55,298 nucleotides of DNA, from assembly GCA_033581555.1 (NCBI GenBank), contig JAVQSZ010000009.1:1-55298 (forward strand), given 5' to 3'. The notes beneath the pieces were generated by a model. It saw only the letters and a list, made by a program, of their open reading frames with translations. It was not told the DNA's origin and made no database searches. The translations under genes were made by a program, and so were the position numbers. Origin of the DNA: Nitrososphaerota archaeon. GTDB taxonomy: Archaea > Thermoproteota > Nitrososphaeria_A > Caldarchaeales > Calditenuaceae. This document shows positions 19,197 to 28,115 of this stretch, piece after piece; the stretch's first letter is position 1, and the number at the start of each line of letters is the position of its first letter.

Positions 19197-19664
19197 TCAC
19201 GGGGCCTTCGAGACGTCGTGAACGGCAGCGCCCGAGAGCCGGATGAGGTCGTCGGTCCTCAGCCTGATCAGCGTGTCGGAAGAGCCTCCCGACGTCACCA
19301 CCTCCTCGAAGCGTGTCACGCCTGTGTCCGCGAGCACCCTGACACCTTCCCTGTGGCAGAAAGGAGGCACACCGCCGGCCGCGTAGCCGGTCAGCCTCTC
19401 GACCTCCTCCCTCGTTGCGAGCCTCACCCTCTCGCCTAGGACCTGCGAGAGCTTCGACCTGTCGACGCTCCTGTCACCAGAGCAGAGGACCACGACCGGC
19501 CCGACGCTGCCGACGAAGACGACGTTCTTCACGATCATCGCGGGGTCGCAGCCGATCGACCTCGCCGCGCTCTCAACGGTGGCTGCCTCGCTCCCGCTCA
19601 GCCTGTAGAGTTGGAAACTCACGCCGTTCCGCCTAAGGAACTCTGCGATGGTCTCGTGGGCCAA
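19197..19664 (-). CDS. YbaK/EbsC aminoacyl-tRNA editing domain protein
   Basis: IVKNVV, TGYAAGGVPPF, SGGS. Confidence 0.9.
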   Translation of the reverse strand: MAHETIAEFLRRNGVSFQLYRLSGSEAATVESAARSIGCDPAMIVKNVVFVGSVGPVVVLCSGDRSVDRSKLSQVLGERVRLATREEVERLTGYAAGGVPPFCHREGVRVLADTGVTRFEEVVTSGGSSDTLIRLRTDDLIRLSGAAVHDVSKAP

Positions 19665-19704
19665 CCCGACCCGGAGTGGGGGTCGAGGTGGATATTAGCG
19701 GTGC

Positions 19705-19764
19705 GGGGCTCGCTCAAGGCCGAACTCATCACCGGGCAGGTTTCACCTCCCCGCTCATCGCCCC
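19705..19764 (-). ncRNA. Candidate box C/D sRNA
   Basis: GGGGC/GCCCC terminal stem, C-like GCGAUGA, C' GUGAUGA, D-like GCGA; D' degenerate; T-rich TATA-like element about 27 nt upstream. Confidence 0.5.
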
Positions 19765-19852
19765 ATCGAAATCCTCACCGCCGACCCCAGAAAAACTTGA
19801 GCTCTTCGTCGGGGAACCGATTTAAGCGAAGACCGCCCCGGGCAGGCCGGGC

Positions 19853-20146
19853 TTGAGCTACAGGAGGGGGAGGAGGTTCGAGTACGAGGTCAGGGACCTC
19901 TTCAGGTCGAGGGGGTGGCTCGTGATCAGGGCGGCCGCGAGCAAACCGATCGACTTAGTCTGCCTGAAGGCCGGGACCGCCGTCCTGGTCGAGTGCAAGT
20001 ATAACGAAAGGCCGTCGAGGTCGGAGCTCGAGCAGATCAGGTCGATCTCGCAGAGCGCGGGCGTCGCGGTGGTGGTCGCGGTGAAGGAGAAACGCGGAAA
20101 GGTCAGCTTGATCGACGTGAACACCGGAGACGAGTTCGTCCCGTAG
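19853..20146 (+). CDS. hjc: Holliday junction resolvase Hjc family
   Basis: GRRFEYE...GWLVIRAAAS.PIDL...LVECK PD-(D/E)xK motif; TTTAAG upstream. Confidence 0.8.
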   Translation: MSYRRGRRFEYEVRDLFRSRGWLVIRAAASKPIDLVCLKAGTAVLVECKYNERPSRSELEQIRSISQSAGVAVVVAVKEKRGKVSLIDVNTGDEFVP

Positions 20147-21232
20147 GTGAGGGAGTTGCTCGTGGGGAGGTACGACCCGGGCTCGGCCGCGGCGTTCGTC
20201 GAGCGTGCTGTGAGCAGGGGAATCGCGAGGGAGCACTACAGGCAGACCGAGCTCGGCCCGCTCTCGAGCATCGGCCTTGGGACATACCTCGGCGACCTGG
20301 ACCCGGCGACGGACACGCTGATGACCGAGGCGATTATCCGGACGGTCTCGGAGGGCGCCGTGAACGTCATCGACACCGCGATCAACTACAGGTGGATGGC
20401 CTCGGAGAGGTGCGTCGGCGCGGGCCTGAGGTCGCTCGTCGAGTCGAGCGAGGTCGACAGGAGGAGCGTGTTGGTCTGCACCAAAGCCGGATACCTGACC
20501 CACGACCCCGCGTCAGGGGAGAGGTACGAGGAATTCCTCGTGGGGAAGGTGATCGGAACGGGCCTCGCCAGACCGGAGGAGGTCGCCGCAGGCATACACT
20601 GCATCGCTCCGAAGTACCTGAGGTGGAGCGCGAAGAGGAGCCTCGAGAACATGGGCCTCGAATCGATTGACGTGTTTTACCTCCACAACGTCGCCGAGTC
20701 CCAGGCGCCCGTCTTCGGGAGGGCCGAGACGCTCAGACGGATCGAGGAGGCCTTCGGCGTCTTGGAGGACCTCAGGTCGGATGGGCTGATCGGGTGGTAC
20801 GGGCTCGCGACTTGGAGCTCACTGGTCGTCCCTGAGGACGCGGAAGAGCACCTCGAGCTCGAAGAGCTGACCGGGTTGGCCCGGAAGGTCGCGGGAAGGT
20901 CGAACGGGTTCAGGTTCGTCCAGATGCCGTTCAACGCCCTGATGAGGGGGGCGGTCGAGTCGAGAGTCCAGAGGGTCTCGGGGGAGCCGATGACTCCCGT
21001 TGAGGCAGCGAAGTCGCTCGGGCTGGTCGTGGTCACTAGCGCGCCCCTACTCCAGGGCAAGCTTCTCCGGATGCCCGAGCTCAGCGTGTCGACGAAGGGG
21101 AACCTGACCCTCGCACAGGCCCTCGTTCAGTTCTGCAGGAGGTCTCCGGTCACCACGACGCTCGTCGGCGCGAAATCCCCCGAGCACGTGAGGGAGCTGA
21201 TCGACCTAGCGAGGATACCGCCGACGCTCTGA
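20147..21232 (+). CDS. Aldo/keto reductase
   Basis: SIGLGTY, IDTAINY, CTKAG, IDVFYLHN, QMPFN, SAPLLQG. Confidence 0.92.
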   Translation: MRELLVGRYDPGSAAAFVERAVSRGIAREHYRQTELGPLSSIGLGTYLGDLDPATDTLMTEAIIRTVSEGAVNVIDTAINYRWMASERCVGAGLRSLVESSEVDRRSVLVCTKAGYLTHDPASGERYEEFLVGKVIGTGLARPEEVAAGIHCIAPKYLRWSAKRSLENMGLESIDVFYLHNVAESQAPVFGRAETLRRIEEAFGVLEDLRSDGLIGWYGLATWSSLVVPEDAEEHLELEELTGLARKVAGRSNGFRFVQMPFNALMRGAVESRVQRVSGEPMTPVEAAKSLGLVVVTSAPLLQGKLLRMPELSVSTKGNLTLAQALVQFCRRSPVTTTLVGAKSPEHVRELIDLARIPPTL

Positions 21233-21239
21233 GGCGGCC

Positions 21240-21884
21240 GTGGCGGGTAGGAGGGTCGTAGGCATTGACCTCACCGCGACACCGACGAGGAGGTCGGCGA
21301 CGGCCTTCGTCTTCAGGGATCGAGCTTCTGTGGAGGGGCTCGGAGGCGACGACGAGATCGTCAGGCGGATCGCGGAGTTCGATCCGGAGCTCGTGGCGGT
21401 TGATGCTCCCCTCTCCTGGCCGAAGCGGGGGCGAGGTCTGAGGGCCTGCGACAGGACGGTCCGATGGCTGGGCGTCGGGATACTCCCCCCGGTGCTCGGG
21501 CCGATGAGGCTCCTCACGTCGAGGGCCGTCGCTCTCTCCGCGGAGCTGAAGTCTGCGGGGATCGAGGTCGTCGAGGTCTATCCGAGGGCGGTTCAAAGGC
21601 TGATGGGATGGGTTAAAAGGGGCGAGAAGCCCGGCGAGGAGGCCCTGAGAGGGCTCCTCAAGACATTCCGGGTCAAGGTCGAGGTCGAGCCGAACGAGCA
21701 CGCGATCGACGCACTGACGTGCGCCTGGGTGGCCTTCATGATGCTGAGCGGAAGGGCCGTCGAGCTCGGCGACCCCGAAGAGGGCACGATAGTCCTCCCC
21801 AGGGCCTGCCTCAGTCCCTCAGTGCGTACTCTTCGGACTTCCAGACGTAACCGCAGCTGGTGCAATAGAAGGACCAGATCTTGA
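21240..21884 (+). CDS. DUF429 family (RNase H-fold predicted nuclease)
   Basis: VGIDL, AVDAPLS, RACDR, EVYP, HAIDA, GDPEEGTIVLP. Confidence 0.85.
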   Translation: MAGRRVVGIDLTATPTRRSATAFVFRDRASVEGLGGDDEIVRRIAEFDPELVAVDAPLSWPKRGRGLRACDRTVRWLGVGILPPVLGPMRLLTSRAVALSAELKSAGIEVVEVYPRAVQRLMGWVKRGEKPGEEALRGLLKTFRVKVEVEPNEHAIDALTCAWVAFMMLSGRAVELGDPEEGTIVLPRACLSPSVRTLRTSRRNRSWCNRRTRS

Positions 21885-22374
21885 CAACAGTGCTGTCCTC
21901 GGGGATTAGCGGTATGTTGACCGGGCCGCCGCACTTCGGACACCTCTCCCTCGTGTAGCTCTTCCAGACCTTCACCGCGGTCATGAGGCTTTCAAGCCCC
22001 CTCGCCTCCGAGACCGTGAAGCCCGCTGAAAGGAGCTCCGACTCCGCCATGGCCCTGTCCTCCCAAGGTCCGGTCACCAGAACGCCGCCGACCTCGAGGA
22101 CCCTGTTGACCTCCTGTAGGTCCACTGAGGCACCTCCCGGACCTCGGTCGAGGGCGACGACGAGCTGGACCGACGACGACCTGAGGGGGAGCCGGAGCCC
22201 CGACTCGACCGCGTCGGTATACTCGGGGACGCCGCCCAGCACCTCGACGCCCCTCAACCTCAGGAGCCCCTCGCCTTTCGGGGAGATCACGACGGCCCTG
22301 AACCGGCCGCCGGCCTCGAGCAGCCCCGACTCGACGACCGCCCTCACCACCCGCAGCTCCCCGTCCTCGGTCAA
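21811..22374 (-). CDS. Degenerate methyltransferase-like domain fused to a C-terminal zinc ribbon
   Basis: LPLRSSSVQLV...EVNRVLEVGGVL resembles Methyltransf_11; CPKC...CTSCGY. Confidence 0.6.
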   Translation of the reverse strand: MTEDGELRVVRAVVESGLLEAGGRFRAVVISPKGEGLLRLRGVEVLGGVPEYTDAVESGLRLPLRSSSVQLVVALDRGPGGASVDLQEVNRVLEVGGVLVTGPWEDRAMAESELLSAGFTVSEARGLESLMTAVKVWKSYTRERCPKCGGPVNIPLIPEDSTVVKIWSFYCTSCGYVWKSEEYALRD

Positions 22375-22411
22375 CCTGACGAAGTGGATTAGGCCTTCTC
22401 AAAAATCCGAT

Positions 22412-23728
22412 TCACAAGATCCCCTTCTCCCTCATCGCTGCGGCGATCGGGTCCTCGCCCTCGACCTTCAGCTCGTACCTAACGAAGGCCTGGGGTTTCT
22501 CAACGCCGAGGAGCCTCGCGACGTCGATCGGCGTCGAGTTCACTATCACCTCAGGGTCGCACCTGACTATCGTCTCCCTCAGGTCAAGCCGCTGCTGCGG
22601 CGTGTAGCCGAGTGATGGCAGGACCGGTCCGATGTGCGGGTACTCCTCGTAAACCCTCTTGACCTCACCCACCGCACAGGCCCTGGGATCGATCACGAGG
22701 GCTCCCCTCTCGACCGCAACTGCATACCCCGCCGCGTGGGGCATCCCTCCATGGGTCACGGTCGGCGCGTCCTCGATCACCAGTACCCTCCTCCCGAAGA
22801 GCTCGGCCTCGCCCGCGACCACTCTTTCGGCGCCCGCGACCACCACCTTCGCCCTAGGGTTGTGCAACCTGACGTTCTCTGCGATCCGCTCGACGTTCTC
22901 CCTCGGCGCGACGTTCGCCTTGTTGATCACCACGAGGTTAGCCATGAGGAGATTGACCATTCCGGGGTAGTAGGAGACCTCGCTCCCCGGCCTCAGCGCG
23001 TCGAGGACCACCACGTGCAGCGTCGGCTCGAAGAAGGGAAAGTCGTTGTTCCCGCCGTCCCAAACGATCACCTCCGCCTCCCTCTCCGCCTCCTTGAGGA
23101 CCTCGGCGTAGTCGATCCCCGCGTAGACGACGTTCCCTTCCCTTACGTGCGGCTCGTACTCCTCCCTCTCCTCGAAGGTGCACCCGTACGTGTCAAGGTC
23201 CCTGAAGCTCGAGAACCTCTGGACCGGATGCTTGAGGTCGCCGTAGGGCATCGGGTGCCTCACCACGACGAACCTCCTTCCCGCGGACCTCAGCAGCCTC
23301 GCGACGTGCCTCGTCACCGTGCTCTTCCCGGCTCCCGTCCTCGCGGCCGTCACCGCGACCACCGGGACCCTACTCCTCAGACAGGTCGACCTCGGACCGA
23401 GGAGCGCGAAGTCCGCGCCGTTCGCCAGCGCCACCGACGCCTTCCTCATCACCTCCTCGAACGAGAGGTCGCTGTAGGAGAGGACCACGAGGTCTACGGC
23501 CTTCTCCCTGACCAACCTCGGCAGCTCGGACTCGTCGTGGATCGGTATCCCCATCGGGTACAGCTCGCCGGAGAGCGGGTACGGATAGACCCTGTTCGCG
23601 ATTCCTGGTATCTGTGCAGCGGTGAACGCGACCACTTCGTAGCCAGGGTCCTCCCTGAAGAGGACGTTGAAGTTGTGGAAGTCCCTCCCTGCCGCGCCCA
23701 TGATTACGACCCTCCTCCGCCTCGACAT
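22412..23728 (-). CDS. COG2403 P-loop protein, ArcE-like arginine synthetase (often annotated GTPase or cDPG synthase)
   Basis: IMGAAGRDFHNFN, AFTAAQIP, RTGAGKS, RHPMPYG, EEREEYE, WDGGNND, EDAPTVTHGGM. Confidence 0.8.
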   Translation of the reverse strand: MSRRRRVVIMGAAGRDFHNFNVLFREDPGYEVVAFTAAQIPGIANRVYPYPLSGELYPMGIPIHDESELPRLVREKAVDLVVLSYSDLSFEEVMRKASVALANGADFALLGPRSTCLRSRVPVVAVTAARTGAGKSTVTRHVARLLRSAGRRFVVVRHPMPYGDLKHPVQRFSSFRDLDTYGCTFEEREEYEPHVREGNVVYAGIDYAEVLKEAEREAEVIVWDGGNNDFPFFEPTLHVVVLDALRPGSEVSYYPGMVNLLMANLVVINKANVAPRENVERIAENVRLHNPRAKVVVAGAERVVAGEAELFGRRVLVIEDAPTVTHGGMPHAAGYAVAVERGALVIDPRACAVGEVKRVYEEYPHIGPVLPSLGYTPQQRLDLRETIVRCDPEVIVNSTPIDVARLLGVEKPQAFVRYELKVEGEDPIAAAMREKGIL

Positions 23729-23854
23729 GTCCAACGTTTTTCGGTAATCAGGCCTATCTTGATGTTACGATGTTAGCGCGAACTGAAGTGTCGCAGATCC
23801 GCGTCAACGTTATTGCGTAAAATTGCATATAGTTTCATACAGATCGAAAAGGTT

Positions 23855-25327
23855 ATGTCCATTCCAGTAGTGACAAAAGGCGTGAGCGCCGGAAAGGGCA
23901 CGATAAGGCTCGGGCTCAACCTCCCGATGTTCGTCGCGGCGATGGTGGCGATAGGCTCGGGGACGCTGGTCGGGATGATGGGGGTCTGGGGGGCCGCAGC
24001 ATGGGGGCGGCCGGTCCCCGAGTGGGAGAAGGTCGGCCACGCGCACACCGCTTGGTGGGCCGTGCTGATCATCATCGCCGCGATGGTGCTCCCGAGTCTG
24101 AGCATCAAGCCGTGGGCGAAGAAGCTGATCGTCGCGGGAACGTTCGTGGGACCAGTGCTCTGGACCGGAGTACTGGCGTCTTACTACGAAATAGGAGGGC
24201 CCACGCTATGGCGCGTCGAGGCGCCTCTCGGACCCATCGCCTACTACGAGCTGCCGGTTCTCGGGGTGATCGCGGCGGCTCTCGAGTTCCTTGGGTTCAT
24301 CGCGCTGGGGGTAGTCGGGCTGTCCGCGGGTGGCGTTAGGCTGCCGCTGATCTCGACCGAGTCGCCACCGCCGAAGTCCAAGTACGAGCTCCTGACGAAC
24401 ATAGAAGTCCCGAGGAAAGTGTTCCTGGTCCCGACGCTCGCCATCGCGCTCAGCGTCGTCATAGGCTTCGCGATCACGGGCATCTTCAAGGTGACCCATA
24501 TACCGATTAGGCCCGCCGCCCTTGTCCAGCTCCACGACCACATCGCGCTCTTCGCGGTCAGCTCTATGATCGTCCTGATCGGGATGAGCGTCCTCGGAGT
24601 AAGTGAGCGGGTCCAGCGGCTCGGCTATAAGTTGATGGTGATCTCGCTGCCCCTCGTGACCGCGGGCCTCTTCGCCTTCAACTTCCTGGGGGTCCACAGC
24701 GTAGTTTGGGTAGCGCCAGCAGCCATTTACTACCTGCTGATCCTGATGATGATCCCGGCCGCGTTCGGTTACTTTTCCGCCAAGCCCGCCGCAGAGAGGG
24801 GGGTCAGCGGACCCCATGTTCCGGCCTACAGATGGGGAATCGCGATAATATTCATCGGGATAGCCGTGACCGTCGCGATAGGAGCGAGCATCGCCATGAT
24901 CTGGGACACGAACCCGAACGTCACCGTTACCTACAGGCAGCCCGAGGGCTCACCGTACCCAGGACCTTATCCAGCAAAGTACATCGGCACCGCTCCCGCG
25001 AGGGGGACGCCGAGGGGCTGGGAGCTTGCCCACTTCAGCGCGGGCAGTTGGTACCACGTCGCGGCGATCTGGATGATCACTCTACTGGTCTTCGGGCCGT
25101 CGCTGCTCGGCGCCCGCATCGGGCTACTGATACTGCTCGCCGCACTGATTCCGCTCGCGCCGACCTTCAACCTGGCCTCCAGGTTCCTCACTTTGTTCGG
25201 GATACCGAACAGTCCGGGTGCGCTGTGGTTCGCGGGCCATCCGTCGATGGGCTTCGCCATCATCGCGCTCTTCATCATCGGCGTGGCGTCGATTTACCTC
25301 ATCGCGAAGGGCAAGAAGCAGACGTAG
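23855..25327 (+). CDS. Uncharacterised 12-TM His-motif membrane protein, paralogue B
   Basis: End-to-end similar to 14815-16290; GHAH, LHDH, AH..GSWYH and AGHP all retained. Confidence 0.85.
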   Translation: MSIPVVTKGVSAGKGTIRLGLNLPMFVAAMVAIGSGTLVGMMGVWGAAAWGRPVPEWEKVGHAHTAWWAVLIIIAAMVLPSLSIKPWAKKLIVAGTFVGPVLWTGVLASYYEIGGPTLWRVEAPLGPIAYYELPVLGVIAAALEFLGFIALGVVGLSAGGVRLPLISTESPPPKSKYELLTNIEVPRKVFLVPTLAIALSVVIGFAITGIFKVTHIPIRPAALVQLHDHIALFAVSSMIVLIGMSVLGVSERVQRLGYKLMVISLPLVTAGLFAFNFLGVHSVVWVAPAAIYYLLILMMIPAAFGYFSAKPAAERGVSGPHVPAYRWGIAIIFIGIAVTVAIGASIAMIWDTNPNVTVTYRQPEGSPYPGPYPAKYIGTAPARGTPRGWELAHFSAGSWYHVAAIWMITLLVFGPSLLGARIGLLILLAALIPLAPTFNLASRFLTLFGIPNSPGALWFAGHPSMGFAIIALFIIGVASIYLIAKGKKQT

Positions 25328-25407
25328 GGTCTTTCCGAAATCTAATTCTCCATATTTTTGGTTGAAACCCTCTTGATTCAATTACCCCCAAGCCGAACCG
25401 TTGACAC

Positions 25408-25509
25408 TGGGCCCGGTGGGATTCGAACCCACGACCTCTCCCGGGCGAGCCCTCACATCCCGCCATCCGGTTATCAGCCGGACGCTCCGCCAGGCTGAGC
25501 TACGGGCCC
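25408..25509 (-). tRNA. tRNA-Ile(GAU) with a 28-nt non-canonical intron (about 25438-25465)
   Basis: GGGCCCG acceptor stem, GCTC/GAGC D stem, TCCGG-CTGATAA-CCGGA anticodon arm, GTGGG-TTCGAAT-CCCAC T arm; 102 nt versus 74 expected. Confidence 0.93.
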
Positions 25510-25686
25510 TAACGGTTGACCTCTCGGGTCTCTATTTAGCCTCTCCTCAGGAGAGGACCGATGGTCGCGCGCTTGGACCTCCGCGTACCCTCAGAACGAA
25601 ACTGGGTCGACAAGCTGCAGGCTGTAATCTTACGCTGCGGCGAGGAGTGCGAGCCTCGCGTCAGGTCGGACGAGCAGATCACACAT

Positions 25687-25700
25687 TCCGAAAAAACGGA
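25687..25700 (-). terminator. T-tract with short flanking stem after the SDR gene
   Basis: TCCG-TTTTTT-CGGA on the minus strand, about 20 nt past the stop. Confidence 0.5.
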
Positions 25701-25718
25701 GCGGTACGGCTTCGTTGT

Positions 25719-26480
25719 TCACGTGGACTGCGCACCGAACGGGTCGAACCTTCCGTCGATCGCTGTCCACCCACCGTCGACCGTTATCAAGGAGCCCGTG
25801 ATGTAGCTCCCCGCGTCCGAGGCGAGCAATATCACCGGACCCACGATCTCCGACGGGCTCGCCCACCTCCTCAGGGCAGTCTTCTCCGCGTAAGCACGCG
25901 CCCAATCCGGCCTCCGCTTGATCTGCTCGACGAACGGCGTGTCGACGATCCCCGGAGCCACCGCGTTCGCCCTGATTCCGTACGGCGCGAGCTCCGCCGC
26001 CAGCGCTTTCACCAGCTGCACTACTGCGGCCTTAGTCATCGCGTACGGACCTTGACCCGGCTCGACGACGAACGCCCTTATCGACGAGATCAAGACGACG
26101 CTTCCCCTCCCGGACCTCTTCAAGGCCGGGATCGCCTCCTTGACTGCTGCGAAGGCCCCGAAGAGGTTCACGTCGACCACCCTCCTGAACTCCTCGTAGG
26201 TGTAGTCCTCGATCCTCTTCCTGAAGTTGACTGCAGGTGTGACAACCAGCACGTGTAGCACCTCGACCCTCGACATCAGCTCCCGTATCGAGCTCAGGTC
26301 CGTGACGTCGACGTAATGCGCCTCATCGCCGACCTCCGCTGCGCCCCTCACGTCCTTGTCCGCCGCTATCACGTAGGCCCCGAACTCCCTCAGCCCCTGC
26401 GACACCGCCCTCCCGATCCCAGACGCAGCACCAATGACGAGAGCTTTCCTCCCGGTTAGGTCGAAGAGCTCTCTGTACAC
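25719..26480 (-). CDS. Short-chain dehydrogenase/reductase
   Basis: GAASGIG, SSIR, YAMTK, ITGSLITVDGG; GTG start at 26480 avoids overlap with the upstream transporter. Confidence 0.92.
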   Translation of the reverse strand: MYRELFDLTGRKALVIGAASGIGRAVSQGLREFGAYVIAADKDVRGAAEVGDEAHYVDVTDLSSIRELMSRVEVLHVLVVTPAVNFRKRIEDYTYEEFRRVVDVNLFGAFAAVKEAIPALKRSGRGSVVLISSIRAFVVEPGQGPYAMTKAAVVQLVKALAAELAPYGIRANAVAPGIVDTPFVEQIKRRPDWARAYAEKTALRRWASPSEIVGPVILLASDAGSYITGSLITVDGGWTAIDGRFDPFGAQST

Positions 26481-26485
26481 TCCGG

Positions 26486-27940
26486 TCACCGGCCCGTTAT
26501 CGACCTGATCAGGACCGGCACCTGAATCTGCAGGTACCAGAGGACGAGATAGATGTACACCGCAGTCGAGACCAGCCCGACGATCAGCCACGGCATCGAG
26601 GGCCTCAACCAGTTACCACCGTGCTTCGGGAGGACGTAGTAGTTAATGACCAGCATCGCGACGTAGAGGACTGGCATCGCAATGAAGTTGAAGACGCCTC
26701 CCCAAAGTATCAGCGTCTCAGGGTCTCCGATCAGGAGGTTGGTGGAAGTGACGACCGCGAATACACCGACCAGCGCGTAATACCACCACCTGTAGGACTT
26801 CTTCCTGGCTGGCGGGATGTGCGTGAGGATCGACTCGCTGTACATCCTGCAGACCAGGTCGAGGATAACGATGTAGGTGTCGACGATCAGCATCGCCGCG
26901 ACGAAGAGGAAGAGCCTGAACCCGACCTCGCCGAGGTAGAACCCGAAGAACTGACCCTGCTCGACGACAAGCGCGTAGCCACCTGGGACCCTGCCCTGGG
27001 GATGGAGGACGGCGTACGCGAGGAACATCATCAACATCGTCGTTAGGAGGTTGATGAAGACGCCCCAGCTGTTGTTGAGGTAGACCGTCTTCATCCAGCC
27101 CCTGTAGTTCCTCTTATCATCTTCGGACCCCTCAGGAAGGTATCCGGTGAGCTGGACCGGCTCAGGCCTTCCGGTTATCGGGCTGGTGATCCTTCCGATC
27201 AGCCCTCCCATCCCTGCGTTCGCGTCCCTGATCCAGTACGCGTAGGCGAGCTGGAAGAACCCCCCGAGCCCTGCGAAGGCGATCGCGGACACTAGGAGCC
27301 CAATGTCCCTCGGGTCCCAGTTGGCTGGGAACGGCCTCGGCGTGAAGACAGCTGCCGCGAACTCCGGCCACTTCGACCAGAGGAGCGGGTTTATGGCAGC
27401 CACGACCACGCCTCCGGCGCCGATTATGATGCAGACCTTCAGGAGCCACTCGAGGCCCTTGTAGACGACGGGGAATAGCGTCAGGCCGAGGATCGAGAGC
27501 GCCATCGTGACGTAGGCCCAGAACGTCGTCTGCTCCCTGATCCCCCAACCCGGCGGAAACCCGGTGAGGAAGGCTATCGCGTTCCCCGCAGCCCCGGCAT
27601 ACCCACCCCACGCCGAGAGCGTCACGATCGCCATCGCCCACAAAAGTATCGAGAATGCCCTGTTCAGCCTCGCGAACCCGACCCATGGCGACTCTCCCGT
27701 GATGACGACGTACCTCGCCAGCTCGAGGTTGATCCACCACTGGAGTAACGCTGCGGGCACAAGCAGCCAGACGAAGGCCAGGCCGTACTTCGCCGACAGC
27801 GTCGGCCACCAGATCAGCTCCCCGCTCCCGAAGGCGAACGATGCCAGCACGTATCCGGGCCCCAAAAGCGCCAGCGGAGGGAGCGCAGCCGGCATTTTCG
27901 CCCTCATCATGTTCGCGAAGGAGAGCCTCTTCTGCACCAT
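26486..27940 (-). CDS. Nramp-related (MntH-like, APC superfamily) transporter
   Basis: LGPG...FGSGELIWWP, KYG, ELARY...TGE, YAYWIRD; about 11-12 TM. Confidence 0.8.
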   Translation of the reverse strand: MVQKRLSFANMMRAKMPAALPPLALLGPGYVLASFAFGSGELIWWPTLSAKYGLAFVWLLVPAALLQWWINLELARYVVITGESPWVGFARLNRAFSILLWAMAIVTLSAWGGYAGAAGNAIAFLTGFPPGWGIREQTTFWAYVTMALSILGLTLFPVVYKGLEWLLKVCIIIGAGGVVVAAINPLLWSKWPEFAAAVFTPRPFPANWDPRDIGLLVSAIAFAGLGGFFQLAYAYWIRDANAGMGGLIGRITSPITGRPEPVQLTGYLPEGSEDDKRNYRGWMKTVYLNNSWGVFINLLTTMLMMFLAYAVLHPQGRVPGGYALVVEQGQFFGFYLGEVGFRLFLFVAAMLIVDTYIVILDLVCRMYSESILTHIPPARKKSYRWWYYALVGVFAVVTSTNLLIGDPETLILWGGVFNFIAMPVLYVAMLVINYYVLPKHGGNWLRPSMPWLIVGLVSTAVYIYLVLWYLQIQVPVLIRSITGR

Positions 27941-28115
27941 CGCGCCGCAGTTATGAGTAACCTCAATATAATGATGAAGCGTGCAGTTAAACTATTGGAC
28001 CGCTCTGGATCCCCCGCGTCGGAGTCGCCACAGCTTATAGCATGCACCAGAGATCGCGAGGCGCTCATCGAGCTCACAACAGTTAAAACTGGCCGGACCT
28101 CCAAATGTCTAGATC

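Noticed and set aside
14571-25408. Integrated element ending at the tRNA-Ile 3' end, or a repeat-bounded island between the paralogues
   Set aside because: No duplicated tRNA 3' end or integrase found; the intervening genes are housekeeping-like and the paralogues have diverged at synonymous sites
25401-26258. 285-aa plus-strand ORF
   Set aside because: Runs antisense through tRNA-Ile and the SDR gene
27971-27977. Perfect C box ATGATGA in an intergenic region
   Set aside because: No properly spaced D/D' boxes or terminal stem; it lies within the AT-rich promoter of the divergent transporter
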